Shown: piece by piece, positions 39,756 through 49,186 of the stretch | Layout: every line of letters begins with the position of its first letter | Numbering within the stretch: the stretch's first letter is position 1 | Notes under the pieces: generated by a model | The model's database searches: none | Told to the model about the DNA's origin: nothing | The model's input: only the letters and a program-made list of their open reading frames with translations | Position numbers and translations under genes: made by a program | IMG/VR virus record: IMGVR_UViG_3300034101_003795 | Span: 27,953-91,952 of that record | Direction: 5' to 3' (one strand) | Length of the DNA stretch: 64,000 nucleotides | DNA from: a virus

Positions 39756-40141
39756 TTTGATATGTGTTTAGTAAATACTTCTGTAGGATAGATGAAAGCT
39801 TTTTCAAATTTTGGTTTTCTTTTTTGTTTTTCTATAATAGACCAAAAAGTAACAATATTGTCAATTAATAAATTATTATTTTCTTTTTTTATCTGGTTTA
39901 TTAAAATATCTAATATTTGTTTTTTTAATTTGCCGCTATTGAGTATGTGAAAAAACTCCGCACATTTTTCAGAATACTCTACAATGTCATGATCTATTGC
40001 TTTGTTAGCATCGTCGATAAAAACAGACACATCTATTCCTGAATTTTTATTAAGAGAAATAATAACATCTATAATAGATTCGTCTTTTTTAGATTCTGTT
40101 TTCTTTTTTGGATATAGAAAATTTTTAATATAATTAATCAT
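39752..40141 (-). CDS. hypothetical protein
   Basis: ATGA-coupled. Confidence 0.6.
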   Translation of the reverse strand: MINYIKNFLYPKKKTESKKDESIIDVIISLNKNSGIDVSVFIDDANKAIDHDIVEYSEKCAEFFHILNSGKLKKQILDILINQIKKENNNLLIDNIVTFWSIIEKQKRKPKFEKAFIYPTEVFTKHISK

Positions 40142-40563
40142 AATATGCTTTTTTGTACTGTCGTGTCGATAAGAGCAAAAATTGGATTATCTATTTTTTC
40201 GTCTAGAGTATAGTCAAACTTTGTCCAAAATAATTTAGATGTTGACTTTTTATTAGTTATAACGCCACATAGTAAAAATAAATCATTATCAAGATCAAAA
40301 ATATTATTGTCTATTTTCTTGACATATTCAAGGAGTATATCATTTTGAATATCTATATATGATATAATAACTTCTTCAATAAATTTGACTATACCAGTAT
40401 CAAACATATTTTTAACATTATATTTGATTTCATTAATCATCACTCTGGGAGTTGATATTTCTGAATAAGGTAATACGATATTGTTTTTATCTGTTGATAA
40501 TATATAATTTTCGTTTTTATTTATATCGCTACTTATTATATTAAAAAACGTATATAGTTTCAT
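40138..40563 (-). CDS. hypothetical protein
   Basis: ATGA-coupled. Confidence 0.55.
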   Translation of the reverse strand: MKLYTFFNIISSDINKNENYILSTDKNNIVLPYSEISTPRVMINEIKYNVKNMFDTGIVKFIEEVIISYIDIQNDILLEYVKKIDNNIFDLDNDLFLLCGVITNKKSTSKLFWTKFDYTLDEKIDNPIFALIDTTVQKSIL

Positions 40564-41198
40564 ACTAACTCTCTTATCTTTTTAATTGAAGACTTTATGC
40601 TTTGTCTGATAGCCTCTCTTGTAACATCATATTTTTCTCCAATTTTTTCTAGAGTATAGTTCTCTAAAAAGTATAATTTAATATGGTCTTTTTGTTTGTC
40701 TGTGAGAATATCAGAATTAAGAAGCTCATTGACAAGACCACATGTAGTATTATTTTCTTCTTCTTTTATAAGAATATCAATAGGATCTTTTTGTTTTTGA
40801 TCAGAAATAAGTTCTGTCAATAACGCATCTTCGTCAGATAAACTAAAAGAGGACATAGAGAATGATCTCTTTTTACTTTTATTTAATTTATATTTTTTAG
40901 TAATATATGTTTTAATAGCCCAAATAGCACATTGATTTCTATAAGAATACAATGTTTTATTTTGCTTTTTTTCGTCGCTCTTTTCCCATCTCCAATCACC
41001 CATCATTATAGCATTAGCAACGAACGATACAGCATCCTCATTCTTTAGCATTTCTTTGGATAGTCCAGAAAAAAATGTTGGTGCTAATTTTGCTATAATT
41101 TTTTGAGATAAGTTCAAATAAAAATCTAGGGATTCAAATTGAATACCTGAATGATCTTTATATTTAATCTTCTGTTTACCAATTGATGGTATAATCAT
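40560..41198 (-). CDS. phage sigma70-family factor
   Basis: Region 2-like TLYSYRNQCAIWAI; region 4 LTDKQKDHIKLYF...YTLEKIGEKYDVTREAIRQ. Confidence 0.8.
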   Translation of the reverse strand: MIIPSIGKQKIKYKDHSGIQFESLDFYLNLSQKIIAKLAPTFFSGLSKEMLKNEDAVSFVANAIMMGDWRWEKSDEKKQNKTLYSYRNQCAIWAIKTYITKKYKLNKSKKRSFSMSSFSLSDEDALLTELISDQKQKDPIDILIKEEENNTTCGLVNELLNSDILTDKQKDHIKLYFLENYTLEKIGEKYDVTREAIRQSIKSSIKKIRELV

Positions 41199-41249
41199 AC
41201 TTTTTGTCCTTTTAAATAATGTCCTAAAAATCTTTTATTAACCGTTAAA

Positions 41250-41732
41250 TCAGTCTGTCAATTTTTTCCACTGTTTTGGAGCTGGTCTATCTTTATCCCC
41301 AGGCTTTGCTGGACGATATTTCTTACCTTCTTTTTCTTTTTTCTTGCGAATATTTTCCCATAAACCAGGTAGATTCTTTGCTGCCTCCGCTCCTTCAGTA
41401 TCGGTTTCAGTTTCTCCGAACATGAGGAAATTGTGGATGGTAACCATATAATCTTCTGTTAATGCGATTTTACCCTGTAGCCAACTCTCTGTCAAGCCTT
41501 CTTTAACTGATGGATTTTCTAATGCATCTACTATTGCTTGTGCATGTTTAGCAATTGACATTATTGAGCCTAAACTCATTTGATAAAAATCATATTTATA
41601 TTCCATAAGTTCCATTTCTGGAGATTCTACTTCCATATCTTCAACTTTGGTAAAATCACCATCTTCAGCTTTCGATATTTTCTTACTAACTGTTTCATTA
41701 ACAGAATTTAAAATATCATGAATACGATCCAT
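41250..41732 (-). CDS. hypothetical protein, possibly internal virion protein
   Basis: ESWLQGKIALTEDY and GLWENIRKKK modules recalled from large-phage head-associated proteins. Confidence 0.5.
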   Translation of the reverse strand: MDRIHDILNSVNETVSKKISKAEDGDFTKVEDMEVESPEMELMEYKYDFYQMSLGSIMSIAKHAQAIVDALENPSVKEGLTESWLQGKIALTEDYMVTIHNFLMFGETETDTEGAEAAKNLPGLWENIRKKKEKEGKKYRPAKPGDKDRPAPKQWKKLTD

Positions 41733-41762
41733 ATTGCACCTCTATATGATGTTAATAAATAT

Positions 41763-42272
41763 TTACCATGATTTACATGCCCAATATCTTGCTTTCCATT
41801 TTGGGCCAGGAGTTTCACATCTCATTCTTGCTCTAAAACTTTTTCGTCTAGCAGGAATATCTTTCTTGATTTCCATATTAGGATCACCAAAGTTAACCTT
41901 AACTACATTTCCACTTTCATTTTTTACATAAACACTAAACTTTTTAGGGCCATCTGGAGTTCTAAATGGTTTATTTAATGTCACTTTGCGACCATTTTTT
42001 TCTGCTGCTATGACTTTACCATCTTCATCATATATCTCCTGTGCTTCAATTTCCCAAATAAACTCATCCCATTCATCATCCCAAGAACAATTTTTAGCAA
42101 ATAATTCATCATGAACTTCTTCAATTAAATTACCTTTTGTTCTTGTTTGACCTAAACATATTGCAACTCTTTGTTTAGAATCTGGATAATCCTTTTTCAT
42201 TACTTCACTACTCATGCAGCGACTAACAAATTTTTCTTTATTTTCGTTTGATTTTTTTGATGGTATTGGCAT
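41763..42272 (-). CDS. hypothetical phage protein (basic C-terminal module)
   Basis: FVSRCM...QRVAIC; KVTLNKPFR...VNFGDPNM...SFRARMRC...ARYWAC. Confidence 0.6.
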   Translation of the reverse strand: MPIPSKKSNENKEKFVSRCMSSEVMKKDYPDSKQRVAICLGQTRTKGNLIEEVHDELFAKNCSWDDEWDEFIWEIEAQEIYDEDGKVIAAEKNGRKVTLNKPFRTPDGPKKFSVYVKNESGNVVKVNFGDPNMEIKKDIPARRKSFRARMRCETPGPKWKARYWACKSW

Positions 42273-42274
42273 AA

Positions 42275-43357
42275 TTAATTTCCATAGAGATCGTTATAAA
42301 TAATATTAGCTGTATTTGTCCAAGTATATTGTTTGGCCGTATTAAATCCGTTTATATTATCTTTGATATTATTATTATACACGAACCTCATATGTTCAAC
42401 CAATTGTTCTATCTGTCTATCTCCAAGATCAGCCCATTTTCCATAACCATCAAAAAACTTATCATCTTGTGCTTCTGTTAAGTTATCAATATCTACTAGA
42501 TAAGAATTATCTTTAGTCGCATATTCTGTATGAGCAGAGTAATTGGTTAGAATAACAGGCTTGTTCATAGCCATAACTTCCATAACTTCATTATTCCATC
42601 CTTCTGCTCTTGCTGGAAAAACAGCACAATCTGATAACGAAATAATACCAGCTAAATCTGAATGATTAGGTAGTCTCGGTAGGATTCTAATCTTTTTACC
42701 AAGCTTACTATTTAGATACATCTTAGCCCATTTTTCATTGTCTTCTTGAGATAAGAAAGGATTATGATTAACCATCCACAACTCAACGTCATCAGCTTCT
42801 GTAAACGCATTATTAAATGCTTCTAATAAAATATCATGTCCTTTTCTAAGTTCCCATTTTCCAATATTAATAAATACGTAGCTATTATTCTCTTTTTTCA
42901 TAGGTGGTTTGGCATGAATATTGAATATATTATGATTAACCCCTAAAGGAGAAATGATAATATTTGTTGTAACACCATTGTTTAATAGTATATCTTTTGC
43001 CCATTTTGAAGCAACAAAGACAGTATCTGTACAATTAATCATGTGTGTCTCTAATGGTTTCAACCTATCAATTTCAAAGAATGTAAGGGCTCCATATTTA
43101 CCTTTACCAATCCTAGTAGCTAAATCATATTGATGCCATATTTTCAGATATGGTGAATTTGGATCATAATTAATTATTTTATTAGTATCTTCTACAATAG
43201 ATTTTTTATCGTCTTCACTATCTAACGATACTGAACCACCTATTGGAAATAGTGTTATATCAAGTTTAGGTCTAAGTTCTTTATAAATATTTAATGAGGT
43301 TATACCGTACCCTGTTAATCCAAGCGGACAATTTAAATTAAGTTTTTGCATTTTCAT
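42275..43357 (-). CDS. GT4-family glycosyltransferase
   Basis: TGYG, NIGKWELRKG, AEGWNNEVMEVMAMNKPVI. Confidence 0.85.
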   Translation of the reverse strand: MKMQKLNLNCPLGLTGYGITSLNIYKELRPKLDITLFPIGGSVSLDSEDDKKSIVEDTNKIINYDPNSPYLKIWHQYDLATRIGKGKYGALTFFEIDRLKPLETHMINCTDTVFVASKWAKDILLNNGVTTNIIISPLGVNHNIFNIHAKPPMKKENNSYVFINIGKWELRKGHDILLEAFNNAFTEADDVELWMVNHNPFLSQEDNEKWAKMYLNSKLGKKIRILPRLPNHSDLAGIISLSDCAVFPARAEGWNNEVMEVMAMNKPVILTNYSAHTEYATKDNSYLVDIDNLTEAQDDKFFDGYGKWADLGDRQIEQLVEHMRFVYNNNIKDNINGFNTAKQYTWTNTANIIYNDLYGN

Positions 43358-44474
43358 AAATCCTATTGTGTGTGTCGTTTACTAAAATAAATGTTGTTTT
43401 TTTACCGAAGTCTTTAATTTTATCGGCCCCAATATATGTGCAAGCACTACGAAGTCCTCCACAAATATCTGATATAATATATTCTGCTGGGCCTTTATAT
43501 GCAACGGTAACTGATTTACCTTCTGCTGTTCTATATTTTGCTACTCCATTATGATGTTTATTCATAGCGTCTAATGAACTCATTCCATAATATTTTAAAG
43601 AAATTTTTCTTTTTATGTTATCGTTTTCTGGATCTACAGGTTGCCAAAAACCAGGAGAGCAAGATCCTGCTTCAACTAAATATTCATATTTCCATTCTCC
43701 TTCACACTCATCTGTACCAGCAAATATGCTGCCTAGCATAACAAAATCAGCATTTCCACCAAATGCTTTGCAAATATCTCCCACTACTTTACAGCCTCCA
43801 TCAGAGCAAACGTGTCCACCAAGACCATGAGCAGCGTCTGTACATTCCATCACAGCACTTAATTGAGGGTATCCCACGCCAGTTTTTAAACGGGTGGTAC
43901 ATACACTACCCGAACCTATACCAACCTTGACTATATCGACCTTGCCATGAATTATTAATTCTTCTGTCATTTCTGGAGTAACCACGTTTCCAGCCATAAT
44001 GATAATTTCTTCATATAGTTTACGAATATTACTTATTATTTTTACAAATTGTTCTGTATATCCATTTGCAACATCGATACAAATATTAGGCAATGGATAA
44101 TTAAATTTTCTTATTTGATTAAATACTTCTGTTAATTTCTCTAAGTCCTTTTGTCCAGTCCCAACAGAATAGAAAACTAAATCTTTGTTAACAATACTAG
44201 GGTCAGTATAAAAAGCAACATATTCATTTATCTTATAGTGCTTATGTAAGCAGGTTATGGTCTGATGTTTACATAGAGACTCAGCCATATTAAATGTTCC
44301 AACAGTATCCATATTAGCAACCATAATAGGAACACATAATAGTTCTCTTGTAGAATACTTAAAAGAAAAATTCCTATTCAAACATACTTCTGATCGACTA
44401 TTAAGTGTTGATCTTTTTGGGCGAATAAGAACATCATCAAAATCTAGTTTAATCTCATTAATTATTTTTTGCAT
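43338..44474 (-). CDS. guaC: GMP reductase
   Basis: LDFDDVLIRPKRSTL, ANMDTVGT, DVANGY, KVGIGSGSVCTTR, DGGC, YGMSS. Confidence 0.93.
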   Translation of the reverse strand: MQKIINEIKLDFDDVLIRPKRSTLNSRSEVCLNRNFSFKYSTRELLCVPIMVANMDTVGTFNMAESLCKHQTITCLHKHYKINEYVAFYTDPSIVNKDLVFYSVGTGQKDLEKLTEVFNQIRKFNYPLPNICIDVANGYTEQFVKIISNIRKLYEEIIIMAGNVVTPEMTEELIIHGKVDIVKVGIGSGSVCTTRLKTGVGYPQLSAVMECTDAAHGLGGHVCSDGGCKVVGDICKAFGGNADFVMLGSIFAGTDECEGEWKYEYLVEAGSCSPGFWQPVDPENDNIKRKISLKYYGMSSLDAMNKHHNGVAKYRTAEGKSVTVAYKGPAEYIISDICGGLRSACTYIGADKIKDFGKKTTFILVNDTHNRIYENAKT

Positions 44475-44997
44475 CGAAAAAGTACCATCTATTAAAAGTA
44501 TTAATTTTTGAATTTGTATTTATATATTTAAGATATGATTTAATTTCATCCCATGAAGAAAAAATCATTTCATGAGGAATAGTTCCAAATAGCCAATCTG
44601 GTGATCTATGTTTGCCTTGAACCATATGAATCAATATTGGTTTTTTTTGTCGATTACCCCAAAAAATTTCTTCATATGTGCCACAAGGATGTATATCGAG
44701 ATCAAGATTTACGATTAAAAAATCACTAATATCCACTAGTCTAAGATCAACAGATCGTATAGTTTTCATTAAGTCTGATAGTTCAGAATATTTTTGATCT
44801 TTTTTAAGTTGTTGTTTTAATAGCTGTGTTTTTTCATCTTCTAATCCTATTGTGCTTGGCTTTTTGATGGGATTAAAGACAATAACGCCTAAATCTTGAA
44901 GAAAAGGAGTTATGCTATCTCTCCAGCCATTTCCTCTGTCTGCTACTCTATCCATAGCACCAGCCAGATAAACTCTTTGATTTTGAAGACGTTTCAT
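44458..44997 (-). CDS. nucleoside 2-deoxyribosyltransferase / dNMP N-glycosidase-like protein
   Basis: VYLAG, VFNP, DLRLVDISD, GTYEE; start refined. Confidence 0.75.
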   Translation of the reverse strand: MKRLQNQRVYLAGAMDRVADRGNGWRDSITPFLQDLGVIVFNPIKKPSTIGLEDEKTQLLKQQLKKDQKYSELSDLMKTIRSVDLRLVDISDFLIVNLDLDIHPCGTYEEIFWGNRQKKPILIHMVQGKHRSPDWLFGTIPHEMIFSSWDEIKSYLKYINTNSKINTFNRWYFFDAKNN

Positions 44998-45115
44998 TAA
45001 TATATTTAAAAAAGAAAACAACAGAGACATAATGGTGTCGCACAATAATTATAGTCAACACGAAGAAAAATGCAATGATCTCTTGTTTTGCGTTTTACGA
45101 TTAATAAAAAATTTA

Positions 45116-46258
45116 TTATCCAGAAATGAGGGTTTTGATATGATTGCATACATAATCTACATCATCAATAGTCATACCATGATGAGCACCAAGCAAGAAT
45201 CCATTTTTCATAATTTGATCTGAATTAGGGAATTCTTGTAGATATTGTCTGTAAACTGGATGTCTTGTTATATTGCCAGCAAAAGTTACTCTGGTCTGAA
45301 TATTTTGATTTTCTAAATAATTCAATAATTCATATCTTTTATTGTACTGTAATGGTATAGCCAACCAGTTTGGATTAAGTGAATCATCTGGCATAACTAA
45401 TTCTTCAATATGCTGTAAATTACTTATATATCTTTCAAAATTATTACGACGAATTTGTTTAAATTTCTCAAATCTATTTAATTGTACTAGACCAAATGCA
45501 GCATTCATTTCAGAGCTTTTGAAGTTATATCCTAGAACACCATATAAGAATTTATAATCATATGGTATACCATCAACACTATGATTAAATCTATCAGCCA
45601 TTGCCTCAGAATTATCTCCTATTCTACCCCAATCTCTGAATTGTAAGCAAACATCTCTATATTTAGAATTATTAAACATCACCATACCACCAGATCCACC
45701 AGCAGTGATTATATGACTAGCATAAAAACTAGTAGTACTGATGTCGCTTTCAGTAGTATGGGTAATAGTATCAGCAGAGTCTTCAATTAAAATTATATCT
45801 TCTCTATTAATTTTTTGCAGTTCTATTTTTAATCGTTGCCAATCTGGTTTATTTCCAATAAGATTTGGCAACATAATTACTTTTATAGTATCATCTACTA
45901 ATTCTAGTATAGAATCTATAGATGGTACATAGGTTGTAAGTTCCACATCACAAAATACTGGTTCTAAACCCAATTGAATCATTGGTGCAACAGTGGTGGA
46001 GAACGTACACGCTGGTGTAATAATGCGACTACCTTTTGGTAATTGTAAACTAGCTAATGCTAATAAACAAGCTGATGATCCAGAGTTGACGAATACCCCA
46101 TATTTTTTACCGAATACAGCAGATATCTTTTGTTCAAATTCTACACTTCTTGGTCCGAATCCTGCTAACCATCCGTCTTGCAAACAATCTTTTACTGCAT
46201 CAATTTCTTCTTGACCGTATGATTCAAATTGATTTGGTGCATACCATACTTTTTTCAT
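45116..46258 (-). CDS. PLP-dependent DegT-family enzyme of C3-dehydratase type (RfbH/ColD-like)
   Basis: VNSGSSA, IEDSAD, SFYASHIIT (His at the Schiff-base Lys position), GYNFK. Confidence 0.85.
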   Translation of the reverse strand: MKKVWYAPNQFESYGQEEIDAVKDCLQDGWLAGFGPRSVEFEQKISAVFGKKYGVFVNSGSSACLLALASLQLPKGSRIITPACTFSTTVAPMIQLGLEPVFCDVELTTYVPSIDSILELVDDTIKVIMLPNLIGNKPDWQRLKIELQKINREDIILIEDSADTITHTTESDISTTSFYASHIITAGGSGGMVMFNNSKYRDVCLQFRDWGRIGDNSEAMADRFNHSVDGIPYDYKFLYGVLGYNFKSSEMNAAFGLVQLNRFEKFKQIRRNNFERYISNLQHIEELVMPDDSLNPNWLAIPLQYNKRYELLNYLENQNIQTRVTFAGNITRHPVYRQYLQEFPNSDQIMKNGFLLGAHHGMTIDDVDYVCNHIKTLISG

Positions 46259-47036
46259 AAAATCTTTCTTGTATTTTTTTAAATGTTAATTTGATTCCAT
46301 CAAACAGACCTATTTGCTGTATTCCTAGATCATAATAATTTCCTATATATGGACTGTCATGTTTTTTTTCATTAATAATAATATCTACTTTAGTATCATT
46401 GAGTTGATTAATAAAATTTGCTATGTCAGATAGCCAGTACTTATCCTTATAAACACAATCCAATTCTTTTGGCATATTATTATTTGTAATAAATAAATTA
46501 ATGATTTGTATTAAATCTAACATATATATAAAATCCATTTGTTTATTAGAGTGTATTATTAAATTTTTTTTATTTAAGTATCTATCTAAATTAGATTTAA
46601 TAAATCTTGTTTCAATTTCATCCTCATCAAAAACTCCAAAAATTCTAAGATTAAAAAAATTATTAGTATCTAAAATAATATTACTAATTATTTTTTTAGA
46701 AAAACCATAAGGACTATGAGTTGCAGATAATTCTGCTCCAGATCCAAATGAAATTAATTTATTAAATTTATGTTTATATCTATAAAGATTATAAAATATA
46801 GTTAAATTATCACTAATAACTTTTACGGTGTCTGTTTTTAGTCTACTTCCCCCAACAGCGGCTGAGTGAATAACACAATCGAAAAATCCATGTTCATTAA
46901 AAATTGACTCTACACATGAAGTATCTGTTAAATCACAAATAGTCCTATTGATTAGGACTAATGTATGATACTTATATAAGTATTTATATATAGCCTGTCC
47001 TAAATATCCATTACTACCAGTAATAAGTATCTTCAT
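46224..47036 (-). CDS. NAD-dependent epimerase/reductase (extended SDR)
   Basis: ILITGSNGYLG, YGFSK. Confidence 0.85.
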   Translation of the reverse strand: MKILITGSNGYLGQAIYKYLYKYHTLVLINRTICDLTDTSCVESIFNEHGFFDCVIHSAAVGGSRLKTDTVKVISDNLTIFYNLYRYKHKFNKLISFGSGAELSATHSPYGFSKKIISNIILDTNNFFNLRIFGVFDEDEIETRFIKSNLDRYLNKKNLIIHSNKQMDFIYMLDLIQIINLFITNNNMPKELDCVYKDKYWLSDIANFINQLNDTKVDIIINEKKHDSPYIGNYYDLGIQQIGLFDGIKLTFKKIQERFYEKSMVCTKSI

Positions 47037-47037
47037 C

Positions 47038-47568
47038 TTATTTAGATTTATAAAAATCAGAAAATTCAACTAATATTGTGCTGCCATTTCTTGTTAAAGC
47101 ATTAGTATATTCAGTTACTATTTGAGAAGGCTCATATAATTCTGATATGTGTATATTTTTAAGCATTTTTTGAAATGCTTCACTAAAGTTGCCTTTATGC
47201 TGACATTGAGGGTCTATAGGATACTCACTACCTACAGCAACTCTTATAATAACTTTTGGATTATATCTACCCCCTGACATTGTAACAAATTTATCTAAAT
47301 GATTCACTATTTGATCTGTAGCCATCAATAAGAAATTCCATCTTGGAAATGTCGAAATAGGAATTAGCCCTGCTATCGCCATACCATTTGCCATACCAGA
47401 CTGTAGATATTCAGCAACAGGTAGTTCTAATTTTTTATTTGAAGATATATGTTTCATGGAATCAAATAGTCCAGTACCTTCGTACTCAACTGCTTGACCA
47501 ATAAAAATAGTATTAGAATTTTTAGCTAAAAGACTCATAGCCTTTTGTATTTCTTCATAATATTTCAT
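47038..47568 (-). CDS. TPP-dependent enzyme beta subunit (Pyr domain only)
   Basis: FIGQ, ELPVAE, GMAIAG, DQIVN, PQCQH. Confidence 0.85.
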   Translation of the reverse strand: MKYYEEIQKAMSLLAKNSNTIFIGQAVEYEGTGLFDSMKHISSNKKLELPVAEYLQSGMANGMAIAGLIPISTFPRWNFLLMATDQIVNHLDKFVTMSGGRYNPKVIIRVAVGSEYPIDPQCQHKGNFSEAFQKMLKNIHISELYEPSQIVTEYTNALTRNGSTILVEFSDFYKSK

Positions 47569-48197
47569 TAGAATTGAACCCTTACACCTGCTCCGGCATG
47601 TGGATATTTTGTATTTGTATATTGATAGTAATAAAGATGTTTTTGTTTTAATACTCCTCCATTATATGATTCATTTAAATAGTATGGAGTATCTCTACCC
47701 CAAATCATAGGAGTTGGTGTGCATACAGATTTATGATTATCTTCTACTATAAATACAATTGGTAAATCATGATTTAGACTATATTTATATGCTTCATGAA
47801 AAGCTCCAGTTTCAGCACTCATGTCCCCAACCCAACACCACACTTTATTGTTTTGATTTTTAATCTTGATAGCAAGAGCGATACCCGTTGCAATAGATGG
47901 TATACCTCCAACTATAGAACTACATATAAATTTATATTCCGGTAAGTTCATTACCATTGATTTACCTAATAAAATTTGTTCTTTAACTATTTCTGATGGT
48001 ATGCCTTTCAACAATGCTTGATAATGATTTCTCCATGTACAACATACCCAGTCATTCTCTATATCAATATCTTTAAAGATTTCAATCATTTGATCTTCAT
48101 TATCATGATACAGATGTATTGGGGCTTTAATTTTGCCAGTATTAAAGCAATTTCCTATATCGTTTTCAAAATTGATTAAATCTTCTTTAGTTACCAT
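47568..48197 (-). CDS. TPP-dependent enzyme alpha subunit (E1-alpha-like)
   Basis: APIHL, WRNH, SSIVGG, VGDMSAETG...EDN (TPP motif). Confidence 0.85.
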   Translation of the reverse strand: MVTKEDLINFENDIGNCFNTGKIKAPIHLYHDNEDQMIEIFKDIDIENDWVCCTWRNHYQALLKGIPSEIVKEQILLGKSMVMNLPEYKFICSSIVGGIPSIATGIALAIKIKNQNNKVWCWVGDMSAETGAFHEAYKYSLNHDLPIVFIVEDNHKSVCTPTPMIWGRDTPYYLNESYNGGVLKQKHLYYYQYTNTKYPHAGAGVRVQF

Positions 48198-49153
48198 ATA
48201 AATTTGTGTTTATAATATTTTACTATATCAATTATATCTGAATCAAAAGAATGTGTACTTCGCCATCCTAATTGTTTTAATTTATCGTCATTCAATGCGT
48301 ATCTTAAATCTTGGCCATCACGATTATATGAAAGATCTAAATACATATTAATATCAATATTGTCATTATTAAAATAATTTTTGATAATTTTTTCTACTGT
48401 AGTAATATTTGTTTGTTCAAAACCTCCACAGATATTATATATTTCATTTTTAGTAATATTATGATTATTAATGATAACATCTATTGAGTTAGCAGTATCT
48501 TCTACATGAAGCCAATTTCTAATTGGTGTTCCATTATTATGTAATGGAATTTTTCGATCTAAAGATAAAAATTTACATGTTTTAGGTATTAATTTTTCAA
48601 CATATTGACCAATACCATAATTATTTGTTGGTCTAACTATTGTATATTCTATATTGTATGTTCGTGACCATGCTTGAATTAACATATCTGCTGCCGCTTT
48701 AGTAGCAGAATAGGGATTACTGGGTTTTAGAGTATCAGTTTCTATATGTTCACCGGATAAGATATCTCCGTATACCTCATCAGTACTAAAATGTATCAGC
48801 CTTGGAGTGTGCTTGTGTTCTTGACGATAGTTCCTAAGCAATTCTAATAAATTTTGTACGCCACCGATATTCGATTTAATAAAGTCATCACTTTTAACAA
48901 TAGAATTGCCAACATGAGTTTCTGCTGCTACATTAATAATGTAATCACAATCATATAAGAATTCTATGTCATTAATATCTTTATGTTCAAAAACAAATGT
49001 AGGATATTGTTTAAATTCAGTTAAGAGATCTATATTTGCTGCATAGGTTATTTTATCAATACCTCTGATATAGTATCCTTTGTCTAAAAATAATCTGGTA
49101 ACATAGGAGCCTATGAATCCCAAACATCCAGTAATATAGATTATTTTTTGCAT
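48191..49153 (-). CDS. rmlB: dTDP-glucose 4,6-dehydratase
   Basis: ITGCLGFIG, AAETHV, STDEVYG, YSATK, NNYG, RNWLHVED. Confidence 0.9.
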   Translation of the reverse strand: MQKIIYITGCLGFIGSYVTRLFLDKGYYIRGIDKITYAANIDLLTEFKQYPTFVFEHKDINDIEFLYDCDYIINVAAETHVGNSIVKSDDFIKSNIGGVQNLLELLRNYRQEHKHTPRLIHFSTDEVYGDILSGEHIETDTLKPSNPYSATKAAADMLIQAWSRTYNIEYTIVRPTNNYGIGQYVEKLIPKTCKFLSLDRKIPLHNNGTPIRNWLHVEDTANSIDVIINNHNITKNEIYNICGGFEQTNITTVEKIIKNYFNNDNIDINMYLDLSYNRDGQDLRYALNDDKLKQLGWRSTHSFDSDIIDIVKYYKHKFIW

Positions 49154-49158
49154 GATTT

Positions 49159-49186
49159 ATCATATCTGATCCAGATCAGTTGTCAA
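49159..49186 (-). promoter_or_regulatory. sigma70-type promoter with palindromic spacer, probably leaderless
   Basis: TTGACA-N16-TATGAT, 5 nt before the rmlB ATG; spacer holds CTGATC-NN-GATCAG. Confidence 0.7.

Noticed and set aside
45116-46258. Sugar aminotransferase
   Set aside because: His replaces the Schiff-base Lys, which marks C3-dehydratases
47038-48197. Pyruvate dehydrogenase as a central-metabolism auxiliary gene
   Set aside because: Both subunits are truncated, there is no E2/E3, and they are embedded among NDP-sugar genes
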